A stretch of 64,000 bases of DNA from an uncultured bacterium. GTDB taxonomy: Bacteria; Krumholzibacteriota; Krumholzibacteriia; LZORAL124-64-63. The translations under genes were made by a program, and so were the position numbers. Below are positions 40,184 to 51,038 of this stretch, piece by piece (the first letter of the stretch is position 1; the number at the start of each line of letters is the position of its first letter). The stretch is taken from NCBI GenBank assembly GCA_963727525.1, contig CAVSGO010000005.1, forward strand, positions 288,001-352,000, given 5' to 3'. Under the pieces are notes generated by a model. That model did not search any database. It was not told the DNA's origin and saw nothing but the letters and a program-made list of their open reading frames with translations.

Positions 40184-42322
40184 ATGTTTGGTCGTATATC
40201 GCTGCGTACGCGCCTCTTGCTGTTCGGGCCAGTGGTGCTCGTCGTCCCCCTCATCGTCGTGGCCGTGACGGTATTCAGGTCCGAGGATCACATGAGCACT
40301 CGCGCCAGTGAAGAATGCCGCAAGCTGGCCTATACGGATCTCGACCATGTGGTGAAAAATGTCGTGTCCCTGTGCGAGACTCAGGACGCCGTCCTCAAGA
40401 CGATGGTCCAGGACGGGCTGGCCGTCGCCCGCAAGGAAGTGGCTGCCAGCGGCGGAGCGCACGTCGCCGAGGAAACGGTGACCTGGAACGCCGTCAACCA
40501 GTTCACCAAGGCATCACAGACGGTCACGCTGCCTCGCCTCATGGTCGGCGACGAGTGGCTGGGTCAGAACCAGGCAGCCAACGTGCCGAGCCCGATCGTG
40601 GACGCCGTTCGGGACCTGGTCGGTGGCACAGCGACCGTTTTTCAGCGCATGAACCCGACCGGAGACATGCTGCGCGTCTGCACGAGCGTGATCAAAGCGG
40701 ACGGCAAGCGGGCAATCGGGACCTACATCCCAGCCGTGAATCCGGACGGGAATGCCAACCCGGTGATCAAGGCTGTCCTGGCCGGACACACCTACACCGG
40801 CCGGGCCTTCGTCGTCGACCGGTGGTACCTCACGTCCTACGAGCCGATCACCGATGCCGGCGGCGACGTCATGGGTGTCGTCTATTTCGGCATACCCATG
40901 GAGAGCGTCACGGCCCTGCGCAAGTCGATCATGGACATCGTGATCGGCCAGACGGGCTACGTCTATGTGCTCGACTCCGCCGGCCACTACGTCATTTCCA
41001 AGGGCGGCCAGCGTGACGGCGAGAACATCTGGGAGGCCCACGACAGCGATGGCGTGCCGTTCATCCAGCAGATCATCGCCAAGGCTCATGACCTGCCGGA
41101 CGGTGGCATCGGCGAGCAGCACTACCCGTGGGTGAACAAGGAGGGGGCCGCTCCGCGCGTGAAGGTGGCGCGCTTCGCCTACTATGCGCCCTGGGACTGG
41201 GTCATCAGCGCCGGGTCCTACGAGGACGAGTTCATGGCGGCCGAGCACCATATCACGACCCTATCGCATCGCAACCGGCTCATCCTCGCCATCACCGCCG
41301 GGCTCTCGCTGCTGCTTTCGAGCCTCGTCGGCTACGTGGTCGCGAGTCGGATCGGTGGCCAGCTCGACCGGGTGGCGACGACTCTACGCGATGCTTCGAG
41401 CAACGTGAACAACGCGTCCAACCAGGTTGCAAGCGCGAGCCAGCAGCTCGCCGAGGGGGCGAACGACCAGGCTGCGTCGCTCCAGGAAGTGAGCGCCACG
41501 CTCACGGAAATCTCGGCATCCACGGACCGCACAGCCGGCAACGCCACGAAGACGAGCGAGTCCGTCGACGCCGTGGCTCAGGCCAGCGACCGCTGTGTCG
41601 CAGCCATGCAGCACCTGGCGACGACGATGGGTGCGATCAAGAATTCGAGCGACGAGACCGCGCGCATTCTCAAGACCATTGACGAGATCGCCTTCCAGAC
41701 CAATCTGCTCGCGCTCAACGCCGCGGTCGAGGCCGCACGCGCCGGCGAAGCCGGTCGGGGTTTCGCAGTGGTCGCGGAGGAGGTGCGGAATCTCGCCCAG
41801 CGCAGCGCCGATGCGGCCCGGAGCACGGGGGGACTGATCGAGCAGGCGAGCCAAAGTTCCGACAGCGGCGTCACGGCCGTGGGCGAAGTGGCGAGCATTC
41901 TCGAGGAGATCGCCACCCGCGTCGCCGAGGTGCGCAGCCTGGTGAGCGAGGTGTCGTCGGCCAGCACCGAGCAAGCCGGGGGTATCCGCGAGGTGACGGT
42001 GGTCGTGACGCAACTCGACCAGGTCACGCAGACCAACGCCGCAAGCGCCGAGGAGACGGCCGCGTCGGGCCACGATCTTCACGACCAGGCGCGGGCCGTC
42101 GCCGACGCCGTGGCCGATCTCGTGGAGTTGATGGAAGGCGGACGCACGTCGCTCCCCGCTGCGACGGCCGCGACCATCCCGGCGCCGGCGAGCATGGGGA
42201 CGTCCCCCGTGCGCCGGCCGCAGCGGCCTACCCCGCCGCAGGGCATCTCCATCCCGCCGCTTTCGGAGACCAGAGCCAGCGTCGTCATTCCCCTGACCGA
42301 GGACGAGACCCTGGAGTTCTGA
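40184..42322 (+). CDS. Methyl-accepting chemotaxis protein with Cache sensor domains
   Basis: GGTATVFQR...RAIGTYIP...YTGRAFVV (Cache_3/Cache_2-like), [12 protein letters not shown] signature. Confidence 0.95.
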   Translation: MFGRISLRTRLLLFGPVVLVVPLIVVAVTVFRSEDHMSTRASEECRKLAYTDLDHVVKNVVSLCETQDAVLKTMVQDGLAVARKEVAASGGAHVAEETVTWNAVNQFTKASQTVTLPRLMVGDEWLGQNQAANVPSPIVDAVRDLVGGTATVFQRMNPTGDMLRVCTSVIKADGKRAIGTYIPAVNPDGNANPVIKAVLAGHTYTGRAFVVDRWYLTSYEPITDAGGDVMGVVYFGIPMESVTALRKSIMDIVIGQTGYVYVLDSAGHYVISKGGQRDGENIWEAHDSDGVPFIQQIIAKAHDLPDGGIGEQHYPWVNKEGAAPRVKVARFAYYAPWDWVISAGSYEDEFMAAEHHITTLSHRNRLILAITAGLSLLLSSLVGYVVASRIGGQLDRVATTLRDASSNVNNASNQVASASQQLAEGANDQAASLQEVSATLTEISASTDRTAGNATKTSESVDAVAQASDRCVAAMQHLATTMGAIKNSSDETARILKTIDEIAFQTNLLALNAAVEAARAGEAGRGFAVVAEEVRNLAQRSADAARSTGGLIEQASQSSDSGVTAVGEVASILEEIATRVAEVRSLVSEVSSASTEQAGGIREVTVVVTQLDQVTQTNAASAEETAASGHDLHDQARAVADAVADLVELMEGGRTSLPAATAATIPAPASMGTSPVRRPQRPTPPQGISIPPLSETRASVVIPLTEDETLEF

Positions 42323-42344
42323 GGCGGCCAGCAAGACGGCCGAC

Positions 42345-42387
42345 GCGCCGCGGCGACCTGCGACCGGGTCGCCGCGGCGCCTTATTT
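42345..42387 (+). terminator. Probable intrinsic terminator
   Basis: 14-bp stem GCGCCGCGGCGACC / GGTCGCCGCGGCGC followed by CTTATTT. Confidence 0.7.
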
Positions 42388-42501
42388 GGCCGACTTCGGG
42401 CACCGAAAAATCACACCGCTGGTATTACGCCCTCTTGGCGTTTCATTGACGGTGGCCGGAGATGGTCGCGCCCTCGTCACCCCTCGCAAGGAGAAGCATC
42501 A

Positions 42502-43752
42502 ATGTCTGGAAAGCGGGTCTGGGGTCTGGTCGCCGTGGTGGTCGTGGCCGCCGCGGGCTTCCTGGTCTGGCGGTCGGCACGCGGAAGCGACGTCGGCACG
42601 GTCTGGCGCACCGAGGATGTCCAGCGCGGCGACGTCGCGGTGCTCGTCTCGGCCACCGGCAGCCTGGAAGCCGTCACCACCGTGACCGTGGGCAGCCAGA
42701 TCAGCGGCACCGTGTCGGCCCTGTACGCCGATTACAACGACCAGGTGAAGGCAGGCCAGGTGCTGGCCCAGCTCGACCCCACCTTCCTCAAGGCGCAGGT
42801 GGCGCAGTCGAGCGCCGACCTCAACCGCACCGAGGTACAGCTACGTCAGGCCGAGCGCGACAGTGCACGCATCTTTCCCCTGCGGAGTGAGGAACTCGTC
42901 TCCCAGGCCGATCTCGACATGGCCCAGACCGCGGTGGACGCAGCTCGCGCCTCCGTGGCATCGGCGCGCGCCAACCTCGACCGCGTGGTGACCAACCTCC
43001 ACTACGCGACCGTGACCTCCCCCATCGACGGCGTCGTGGTGTCGCGCGACGTGGATGTGGGCCAGACCGTGGCCGCCTCGCTGCAGGCCCCCACGCTGTT
43101 CACCATCGCCCAGGACCTCACGCAGATGCAGCTCGAGGCCGCGGTGGACGAAGCCGACATCGGCCAGATCAAGGAAGGTCAGAAGGCCACGTTCACCGTC
43201 GATGCCTATCCCTTCCGCACGTTTGGCGGCACGGTGCACCAGATCCGCCTCGCCCCCGAGGTCGTGCAGAATGTCGTGACCTACACCGTCGTGATCCTGG
43301 TGGAGAATCCGGACAAGATCCTGTTGCCCGGCATGACGGCCAACGTGTCGATCCTGGTGGACGAGGCTCGCGATGTGCTGAAGATCCCGGCCGCCGCGCT
43401 CCGCTTTCAGCCCCCGGGCATGACCACGAGTCGCGCCGGCGGCGCCGGTGCGCGGCCGCGCGGCGGCGGCAATGGCCGTGGCGAACGCGGCACCCTCGCG
43501 CAGGGCGGGGATGCCGGCAGCCACGAGGGCGGTGCGAGGCCGAGCCATGGGCACGTGTTCCTGCCCGGCGCGGCCGAGGGCACCGCGCGGGAGTTGCGCC
43601 TGCGCATCGGTCCAAGCGACGGAAGTTTCACGGCCGTGTACACCGACTCGTTGGTCGAGGGAGAACCTTTGATCGTGGGCCTGGCGAGCGGCGGACGCGG
43701 CCAGGACCAGACCGTCGTCAACCCGTTCATGCCGAATCGGCGGGGACGCTGA
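42502..43752 (+). CDS. MacA-like periplasmic adaptor
   Basis: VGSQISG, SPIDGVV, GQTVAASLQAPTLF, VDEADIG, PGMTA. Confidence 0.92.
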   Translation: MSGKRVWGLVAVVVVAAAGFLVWRSARGSDVGTVWRTEDVQRGDVAVLVSATGSLEAVTTVTVGSQISGTVSALYADYNDQVKAGQVLAQLDPTFLKAQVAQSSADLNRTEVQLRQAERDSARIFPLRSEELVSQADLDMAQTAVDAARASVASARANLDRVVTNLHYATVTSPIDGVVVSRDVDVGQTVAASLQAPTLFTIAQDLTQMQLEAAVDEADIGQIKEGQKATFTVDAYPFRTFGGTVHQIRLAPEVVQNVVTYTVVILVENPDKILLPGMTANVSILVDEARDVLKIPAAALRFQPPGMTTSRAGGAGARPRGGGNGRGERGTLAQGGDAGSHEGGARPSHGHVFLPGAAEGTARELRLRIGPSDGSFTAVYTDSLVEGEPLIVGLASGGRGQDQTVVNPFMPNRRGR

Positions 43753-43753
43753 G

Positions 43754-44467
43754 ATGAGCGCGCCAGACACGCGCTCGGCTGGCGGCCAGCCGGTCATCGA
43801 GGCCGAACAGATCGTGAAGATCTACGGCCACGGCGAGAACCAGGTGGCGGCCCTGCGGGGCGTGACCTTCACCATCACGGCCGGCGAGATGGTGGCGATC
43901 ATCGGCGCCTCGGGCAGCGGCAAGTCCACGCTCATGAACATCATCGGCTGCCTCGATAGGCCCACCAGCGGCGCCTACCGCCTCGACGGGCACGATGTCA
44001 GCCGCTTCGACCGCGACCAGCTTGCCGAGATCCGCAACGCCAGGCTCGGCTTCGTTTTCCAGAGTTTCAACCTTTTACCGCGCACGTCGGCGCTGGAAAA
44101 CGTGGAGCTGCCACTCGTGTATTCCCAGGCCGACCGCCACCACATGCGCGAGCGCTCGCGATCGTGCCTCGAACTGGTGGGGCTTGGCGACCGCCTCGGG
44201 CACATCCCCAGCCAGCTCTCCGGCGGGCAGCAGCAGCGCGTGGCGATCGCGCGCGCCCTGGTGAACGAACCGGCGCTCCTGCTGGCCGACGAGCCCACCG
44301 GCAACCTCGATACGCGCACGAGCCTGGAGATCATCGACGTGTTCCGCCAGCTCAACGCCGACGGCATGACCGTCGTGTTGATTACCCATGAACCGGACAT
44401 CGCCGCCTTCGCCAGGCGCGTCATCGAGCTGCGCGACGGCGAGATCGTCGAGGATCGGCACACCTAG
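43754..44467 (+). CDS. ABC transporter ATP-binding protein (MacB/LolD type)
   Basis: GASGSGKST, LSGGQQQRV, LLADEPTGNLD, ITH. Confidence 0.95.
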   Translation: MSAPDTRSAGGQPVIEAEQIVKIYGHGENQVAALRGVTFTITAGEMVAIIGASGSGKSTLMNIIGCLDRPTSGAYRLDGHDVSRFDRDQLAEIRNARLGFVFQSFNLLPRTSALENVELPLVYSQADRHHMRERSRSCLELVGLGDRLGHIPSQLSGGQQQRVAIARALVNEPALLLADEPTGNLDTRTSLEIIDVFRQLNADGMTVVLITHEPDIAAFARRVIELRDGEIVEDRHT

Positions 44468-44476
44468 ACACCGGAG

Positions 44477-45706
44477 GTGCCGCCCATGCTGCGGCTGCTG
44501 CTCTTGGTCAAGACCGCCCTGCGCGCCATCGCGCGCAACAAGATGCGCTCCTCGCTCACCGTGCTGGGCATCATCATCGGCGTGGGTGCCGTGATCGCCA
44601 TGGTCGGTATCGGCGAGGGCGCCAGCCACCTCGTGCAGTCGCAGATCTCGAGTCTGGGCGACAACCTGCTGACCGTTTTCCCGGGTTCCGAGCACCGCGG
44701 CGGCATGCATGGGGGCGCCGGCAGCATGTCCACCCTCACGGCCGAGGACGCCGCGGCGATGGCGCAGCAGGTACCGGAGCTGACGGCCGTGAGCCCGGTG
44801 GCGATGACCGGCGCGCCGGTGGTCTACGGCAACCAGAACTGGACGACCAGCATCACCGGCGGCGGCCCCGACTATCTGCACATCCGCAACTGGGAGATTG
44901 CCGAGGGTGCCAACTTCAACGACTCGGCGGTGCGCAGCGGCGCCAAATTGGCCGTGCTGGGCCAGACCGTCGCCACCCAGCTTTTCGGCACTGCTGACCC
45001 CATCGGCCAGACCGTCCGTATCAAGAAGCTCCCGTTCACGGTGGTCGGCCTGCTCGCGGCCAAGGGCCAGAACAGCTGGGGACGCGATCAGGACGACACG
45101 ATCATCATCCCCTACACCACGCTCATGAAGAAGCTGACGGGCACCACGTACCTCAACATGATCCAGGCGTCGGCCTACTCGATGGACGCCCTGCCGCAGG
45201 TCACGTCGGAGATCGAGGGCCTGTTGCGTCAGCGCCACCGCATCCCGCGGGGCCAGGACGCCGACTTCACCGTCCGCACCCAGCAGGACATCGCCAATAT
45301 CATGGGTTCCACGGCGGGCGTCATGCGCGGATTGCTGGCGGCGATCGCGTCGGTGTCGCTCCTTGTGGGTGGCATCGGCATCATGAACATCATGCTCGTG
45401 TCGGTGACCGAGCGCACCCGCGAGATCGGCATCCGCATGGCCGTGGGCGCCAAGGGCTGGCACGTGATGACCCAGTTTCTGGCCGAGGCCGTGGTGCTGG
45501 CCGCGTTCGGGGGGATCCTCGGTATCCTGCTCGGGGTGGGCGCCGCGCGCCTGGTGGCCCATTTCGCACACTGGCCCATTCTCATCGCGCCGCAGGCCAT
45601 CGCCGTGGCGTTCCTGTTCTCGGCGCTGGTGGGCGTGTTCTTCGGCTTCTGGCCCGCGCGCAAGGCGGCGCGGCTGGACCCGATCGAGGCGCTGCGCTAC
45701 GAGTAG
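44477..45706 (+). CDS. ABC transporter permease (MacB/FtsX type)
   Basis: RSSLTVLGIIIG, GGIGIMNIMLVSVTERTREIGIR, LDPIEALRYE. Confidence 0.95.
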   Translation: MPPMLRLLLLVKTALRAIARNKMRSSLTVLGIIIGVGAVIAMVGIGEGASHLVQSQISSLGDNLLTVFPGSEHRGGMHGGAGSMSTLTAEDAAAMAQQVPELTAVSPVAMTGAPVVYGNQNWTTSITGGGPDYLHIRNWEIAEGANFNDSAVRSGAKLAVLGQTVATQLFGTADPIGQTVRIKKLPFTVVGLLAAKGQNSWGRDQDDTIIIPYTTLMKKLTGTTYLNMIQASAYSMDALPQVTSEIEGLLRQRHRIPRGQDADFTVRTQQDIANIMGSTAGVMRGLLAAIASVSLLVGGIGIMNIMLVSVTERTREIGIRMAVGAKGWHVMTQFLAEAVVLAAFGGILGILLGVGAARLVAHFAHWPILIAPQAIAVAFLFSALVGVFFGFWPARKAARLDPIEALRYE

Positions 45707-45723
45707 CTCGCGGTGGCGTCCGT

Positions 45724-47229
45724 CTACATCTTCCCCCGCAGCGCCCGCTCAGCTTCCTCGGCCATCTCCTGGGCACGCACGTCGTCCATGATCACGGGCG
45801 TCAGCAGCACCACCAGTTCCGTCTTCGTTCGCTGGTGCACTGTGCGCCTGAAGAGGTACCCGAGCAGCGGGATGTCCTTGAGGATGGGCACACCTGCGAT
45901 GTCGAGTTTCGTACCCTCGCTCATCAGGCCGGCGATCACCAGGGTCTGGCCGTCGCCCACCTTACCCACGGTATCCAGCTCGCGCACCGACAGCACCGGC
46001 TGGGTGTCGGCGTTGGGGCTCGACTCGATGCGCACGACATCCGAGATCGTCGGATGCACGTTGAGGGTGATGACACGATCCTGTCCCACCTGCGGCGTCA
46101 CGTCGAGCACGATGCCCACGGGGATGATCTGTGGCGTGTACTGCACGATGGGTTCGGTGGCCACGCCGTTGGTCACCACGGCCGGCTCGACCATGGCCTC
46201 GTAATAGACCTCCTCCGTCACCACACGCACCACGGCCTTCTGGTTGTTGAGGGTGCTGATGCGCGGCGTGCTCAGCACCTTGACGCTCCCTTGCGTGCTG
46301 AGCGCCTCCAGGAGCGCCGAGGTCTTGGAATTCTGCAACACCATCGTCAACACCGGGGCGTCGAGCCCCTCCGTCGACTGGAAATCGACGCCGACGTGCT
46401 TGCCGGTGAGGTTCGACCAGTCGATGCCCGAGCGATCGACGTCCCGCAGAGAGACCTCGAGGATCTTCACCTCGATCGCCACCTGCCGTCGCAGCGATTC
46501 CTCCAGACGCGCGAGCATCGTCTGCACCTTCTGGACACGGTTCCACTCGGCCGTCACCTGCACCAGCCCCGCCATGGCGTTGACCACGAGGCTGCGTCCC
46601 TGCGCGTCGGAGAGGCTGATGGACAGCTCCGTGTCGGCGCCACCCTCGGCTCCGGCCACAGCGCCGGCCTCGAAGACCACGGTCTGCAGGGAGGCGATGA
46701 CCTGCGGCCAGACGGCCATGGTCGCCGAGGTCGTGAGGTGGCTGCGGTTCTCGTCGCCGCCCTCACCGCCGCTGCCGCCGCTGCTGCGCCCACCGCCGCC
46801 GCCACCGCCGCTCGAGCCGCCGGCCCGGCGCGCGGACACCTGAAGTTCGCCCTGGCCTTCGCGCTTCGTCACCGGGTAGTCGAAGGTGAGCCAGCGCGTG
46901 ACCATGCCCTGCTTGTAGACAACGAGGACGTTGTCGACGAACTCGTAGCCCAGGGCCACCGGTTCGAGCACCGCGCTCAGCGCCTGGGGCAACGGCACCG
47001 ATTCCAGGTGCACGTTGACCTCGCCGGTCACGTCGGGGGCGATCTGCAAGCCGAGCCCGGCCTCACTCGCCACCGTGCGCAGCAGTTCGCGGACGTCGAC
47101 CCAGCCGTTGGTCACCAGCGTGACAGGGGTATCCGGCGCCGACGCGTCCTCGCGCGTCTGCCCGTGGCCGGCGCGGGCGCCGGCGAGCAGGACAACGAGG
47201 GCCAGAGTGGTGACGCTGATCTGTCGCAT
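45724..47229 (-). CDS. Secretin (MshL/GspD-like)
   Basis: Signal peptide, QVAIEVKILEV, LSTPRI..LNNQKA, GQTLVIAGL, GVPILKDIPLLGYLF, ELVVLLTP. Confidence 0.92.
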   Translation of the reverse strand: MRQISVTTLALVVLLAGARAGHGQTREDASAPDTPVTLVTNGWVDVRELLRTVASEAGLGLQIAPDVTGEVNVHLESVPLPQALSAVLEPVALGYEFVDNVLVVYKQGMVTRWLTFDYPVTKREGQGELQVSARRAGGSSGGGGGGGRSSGGSGGEGGDENRSHLTTSATMAVWPQVIASLQTVVFEAGAVAGAEGGADTELSISLSDAQGRSLVVNAMAGLVQVTAEWNRVQKVQTMLARLEESLRRQVAIEVKILEVSLRDVDRSGIDWSNLTGKHVGVDFQSTEGLDAPVLTMVLQNSKTSALLEALSTQGSVKVLSTPRISTLNNQKAVVRVVTEEVYYEAMVEPAVVTNGVATEPIVQYTPQIIPVGIVLDVTPQVGQDRVITLNVHPTISDVVRIESSPNADTQPVLSVRELDTVGKVGDGQTLVIAGLMSEGTKLDIAGVPILKDIPLLGYLFRRTVHQRTKTELVVLLTPVIMDDVRAQEMAEEAERALRGKM

Positions 47230-47248
47230 GGTTCCATCCTTTGTCGGG

Positions 47249-47869
47249 TCAGGGCCGCTTCGCGGCGTCGGGGCGTTCCAGTTCGGTGCGGCCTTCCGCG
47301 CCGGGCTGCTTGGGTCGGGTTACCAGCGGAAACACCGCGGCCGCGCTCGCGGGCTGTCCCACCGGAAGAAACAGGGACTTGTTGGAGCGGTGCAGGGTGA
47401 CGCCGTCGCGCGAAATGGCGTGCACGCGATAGCCCGCCACGGAGTCCCCGCAGTGATAGGCGTGATTGCCGATGAGCGCGGTCGGTTCGCGTCCTCCCAG
47501 CATGACCGCGTTGCAGGTCGGCACTGCCGGCGAACCGGCGCGGGTCTGCCGCTGTGAGGGCGCTTGTGTCGGGGCTGGCGTGCCGGTGCCCTTCTGAAAG
47601 GGATCGCGGCCGGCCGTGAGATCCGTCGCCCCCCATACCATGCCCGGCGACGGTCCCAGGCTCGCCGTGCCGGTCACATGCCGGCTGGCCGCCTGCGATA
47701 GCGCTGCCGCATCGCTCGGTAGCACGAGCGTTTCGGTCATGGCGGGATCGGCAGCCCCGCCGCCATGCGACAGGAATGGGCCCAGGTTGATCGCCGCCAC
47801 CGCCACGAGCAATACGGCCACCACCATCACGAGGCGCGGATCGCGCAGATCAATCGGATTGTTGCGCAT
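47249..47869 (-). CDS. Pilus/T2SS accessory protein (MshK/PilP-like)
   Basis: N-terminal TM, RDPF motif, ALI..G..V..I....V pattern; lies just before the secretin. Confidence 0.6.
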   Translation of the reverse strand: MRNNPIDLRDPRLVMVVAVLLVAVAAINLGPFLSHGGGAADPAMTETLVLPSDAAALSQAASRHVTGTASLGPSPGMVWGATDLTAGRDPFQKGTGTPAPTQAPSQRQTRAGSPAVPTCNAVMLGGREPTALIGNHAYHCGDSVAGYRVHAISRDGVTLHRSNKSLFLPVGQPASAAAVFPLVTRPKQPGAEGRTELERPDAAKRP

Positions 47870-48509
47870 AATACTCCAGCTCCATCTCCACAGCGATCTC
47901 CCCGCGCGACGGCTCGGCGTGCAGCATCTGCAGGTTGAGCGCCCGTTCGATACTCTGTAGACCCGCCACGAAGCGAGCTGTGTGCACGTAGTCGGCAGAG
48001 AACGATATGCGCAGCCGGTACGGATCGAGGTGCGCCGACGGCATGCCACTCTGGTCCGGCATGAACTGGTCGACGAGCATGGCGACCTCGGGATCGGCGG
48101 CCGTACCCCCGTCGTCCTCGCCCAGGTCGCCCTGCTCGAACGACTCTGCGTGCGACGGCACCTCGGTCACGGTGACCGGATCCACGCGGCTCTCGCGTGC
48201 CACACGCGTGATCTCCAGGAACAGCGCCTCGCGTTGCTTCGTGGCAGGGAATTGACGTTCGTACACTGCCTGCTGCTCGGGCTGCCAGCGCTCCGCCGCT
48301 GCGGCGTACCACACGCCGGCGACCGACCAGGCATCGAGGCTGGCGAGGCGGGCCGACTCGGCCTGCATGTCGTGATCCTGGCGATGCGCCACGTGCCAAG
48401 CCGGAACGGCGCCGCCGACGAGCACGATCGCCCACGTGACGCCGGCGACGATCATGAAGAGCCGGTGACCCGGCGAGGACCTGAACCAGACGATCACCTT
48501 CGCGGTCAT
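47850..48509 (-). CDS. PilO/GspM-like alignment protein
   Basis: TM helix, coiled coil, F.ADY...RFV..LQ..ER pattern; operon position. Confidence 0.65.
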   Translation of the reverse strand: MTAKVIVWFRSSPGHRLFMIVAGVTWAIVLVGGAVPAWHVAHRQDHDMQAESARLASLDAWSVAGVWYAAAAERWQPEQQAVYERQFPATKQREALFLEITRVARESRVDPVTVTEVPSHAESFEQGDLGEDDGGTAADPEVAMLVDQFMPDQSGMPSAHLDPYRLRISFSADYVHTARFVAGLQSIERALNLQMLHAEPSRGEIAVEMELEYYAQQSD

Positions 48510-49987
48510 GGCCGGGCCTCCGTGATGCGATACTCGAGTGTGAAGGCGACACGCGATCCGGTGCCAGCGTCCCGCGCGGCATCGATGCCGGCGATCTCGA
48601 GGGCCGACGGTTCGCCAATGGCCGCAAGCCGGGTGCTCGCGGCCAGATCGTCCAGGAACGCCAGGAACACCTCCTGCGCCTGCATGCCATCGCGCCCCTG
48701 GCTCTCGCCACTGAGCGTGAGATGGAACGACGCGTCAGGCGCCTGGGTGATCGCGAGATCCTGGTACACGACGGACGACGGTGTACGCTTCGCGATGTCC
48801 AGGAGCAGTCCGGCGAAATCGACCCGGCCCTGCGTCAAGCGGTCCAGGCTCGCCTGACGCGCCAGCAGAGCACGGTTCTCCAGATAGGCCGCGGTGGCAT
48901 CCTGCGCGCGTTCGTAGGTCGTGCTCTCGTGGTCGGCCAGGGTGCGCAGGCATTCCTGTTGCACGTGTCCGGTCAGCAGGCTGCCACCCAGCACCAGGGG
49001 TACGGCGGCGGCCGCCGCCGCGGCCGCCGCGATGCGCCCGAAGCGGATCAGCTCGCGTCCCCGGGCGGGACGCTGCTCGTGCGGTAGAAGGTTCGGAACA
49101 TCGCGCTCCATCGCCATGGCCGCCGCGATGGCCGGCAGGAGCAGCGCGAGGTCGGCGCCGCCCTCGGGCCACGCGAAGAGGTCCTGCGGCTCCCACGGCT
49201 CGGCCGCGATCTCCACGGCGCTGGCGAGCTGCGCGATCACCGCCGCCGTCAGCTCCGGCTCGCCACACACGACGATACGGTCGACACGCAGGCTGCGTTC
49301 CGCCTGCTGGGCGAAGAAGTTGCTGCGCTCGATCTCGGTGACGAGGCGCTCCACGTACTCCTGCTGCTCCGCGCCGCCCGAGAGGTCGGCTGGAAGCGTG
49401 CGCGTGAACAGCAACCCCTCGGGATCGCCGACACACAGGAAGCGCAGCTGTGGCCCCAGGTACACGAGGTTCCAGGGTCCGGTCACGGTGGCCGGCCGCC
49501 GGCGGCGGTAGAAGGCGTCGAGCGCGAGGTAGCCCGGCAACACGTGGGACACGCGCGCGCCCAGCTCGCGCGCCCGGTCGAGATGCCGGTTCACCACCGT
49601 CGTACGCGCAAAGACCATACCCACGTCCTGACGACCGGCGCGGCGGATCGCCTCGCGGTCGGAGAGCGTGCGGAAGTCGATCGTCCAGTCGCCGGGCTCG
49701 CCGCCTTTCTCGCGCACGAGCACCCCGCGCAGCGCCGTGCCCTGCTGCTTCAGCTTCAATTTCGGCAGCGGCGTGATGAGGTAGGCCGCATCGTCGCCGG
49801 GAACCACGACACTCGTCGGCCCCGCATGGCCGCCCAGGTCGCGCTGCGCGCGCGGGCCGAAACGCTGCTGCGTGGGCACGGTCTCCGACCAGACCACGCG
49901 CAGCAGTTCGGCGGTATGAGCCTGGACCCGGACCGCGACGGCGCGATCGGCCATAAGTGTGAGGCTGGTTCCGGAGCGGTTCTTCAC
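48506..49987 (-). CDS. PilM-PilN (GspL-like) fusion
   Basis: FTRTL...EIERS...IVVCG, then NLLP, TM helix and L.LSG; GTG overlaps previous stop. Confidence 0.7.
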   Translation of the reverse strand: MKNRSGTSLTLMADRAVAVRVQAHTAELLRVVWSETVPTQQRFGPRAQRDLGGHAGPTSVVVPGDDAAYLITPLPKLKLKQQGTALRGVLVREKGGEPGDWTIDFRTLSDREAIRRAGRQDVGMVFARTTVVNRHLDRARELGARVSHVLPGYLALDAFYRRRRPATVTGPWNLVYLGPQLRFLCVGDPEGLLFTRTLPADLSGGAEQQEYVERLVTEIERSNFFAQQAERSLRVDRIVVCGEPELTAAVIAQLASAVEIAAEPWEPQDLFAWPEGGADLALLLPAIAAAMAMERDVPNLLPHEQRPARGRELIRFGRIAAAAAAAAAVPLVLGGSLLTGHVQQECLRTLADHESTTYERAQDATAAYLENRALLARQASLDRLTQGRVDFAGLLLDIAKRTPSSVVYQDLAITQAPDASFHLTLSGESQGRDGMQAQEVFLAFLDDLAASTRLAAIGEPSALEIAGIDAARDAGTGSRVAFTLEYRITEARP

Positions 49988-51018
49988 GGTCCTACTCCCG
50001 GGGGAAGATTGTCCGACACGGTGCCGGGATTGCCGTCCGGTCCCGCCGAGAACACGACGCGCGACGACGCGTTCACCGCGTAGGTGCGCCCCCAACCGTC
50101 CTGGTCGTAGGCCGCAGCCAGCCCCAGCGCCGCGCGGATGCCGCCGGCCCAGGGACCGGCCAGCACGAGGGTGGGCTGCGCGTTGAGCGCCGTCTGGGCG
50201 ATCTCCAGCTCGGAGACCGTGGTATGGCGACCGGGCGGGACACTGCTCACGGTGACGGCGATGTCGTCGCCGCCGCCGTTGTTGTTCTGCCGGTTCGGTC
50301 CGAAACTCGCGATACGCAGCGACGGCGCCGCGCCGCCGAGGCTCGTGAACACATATGCGGTGTTCCAGCCGTCGACGAGCGAGGCGTTCTGGTATCCGGC
50401 ATCGAGATAGCCTCCCACGAGATCGACCGGCGCTGCCGGGAAACTGGCGTGGTCCTGGAAGTAGTCGCGGCAGGCGTCGGCAAGGTTCGTCAGCTCGCCG
50501 CCGGTGGCCGACGTCTTCTCGCGCGCCGCGGGACCCGCACTCACAGCCACGTAGAGGTCGTCGGTGTCGAGAGTGAGATTCCAGGGGTGGTTCAGGCTGC
50601 CCGAGTCCCAGCGATGGTTCACGCCGGGACTGGCCACCAGCACGTCGGCCGTGCCCGCCGGCGTGACACTGGGCGTGGTGTCGAAGGTGTACGTCGTGCC
50701 GAAAGCGTCGGTCAGGATGGCCGCCGTCAGCGCCTCCGCTCCGCCCTCGACGTACGGCCCCTGCCAGTTGGTCGCGCCGGGATCCACCACGAGGGCGATG
50801 AGTCCCTCCGCCTCGGTGGGGAAACGGCCGGTATCGTCGTAGAAGTCCATCAGCCCCTTCTGAATCGTGTTCAGCTCACGGCTCGTGGCGTCGCTGCGCG
50901 CCTCGTTGAGCTGGCGAAACACCACCGGCGTGAGCGCACCCGCCATGATGGCAACGATCGCCACCGCCACGATCACCTCCAGGAGCGTGAAACCCTCACC
51001 TGCAATCTTGCGTGGCAC
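49984..51018 (-). CDS. Type IV prepilin / GspG-like protein with three head repeats
   Basis: G|FTLLEVIVAVAIVAIM; WQGPY; three DxxGxxY...SxGxN/D units. Confidence 0.88.
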   Translation of the reverse strand: MPRKIAGEGFTLLEVIVAVAIVAIMAGALTPVVFRQLNEARSDATSRELNTIQKGLMDFYDDTGRFPTEAEGLIALVVDPGATNWQGPYVEGGAEALTAAILTDAFGTTYTFDTTPSVTPAGTADVLVASPGVNHRWDSGSLNHPWNLTLDTDDLYVAVSAGPAAREKTSATGGELTNLADACRDYFQDHASFPAAPVDLVGGYLDAGYQNASLVDGWNTAYVFTSLGGAAPSLRIASFGPNRQNNNGGGDDIAVTVSSVPPGRHTTVSELEIAQTALNAQPTLVLAGPWAGGIRAALGLAAAYDQDGWGRTYAVNASSRVVFSAGPDGNPGTVSDNLPPGVGP

Positions 51019-51038
51019 GTCGACCCTCCCTCGCACGG

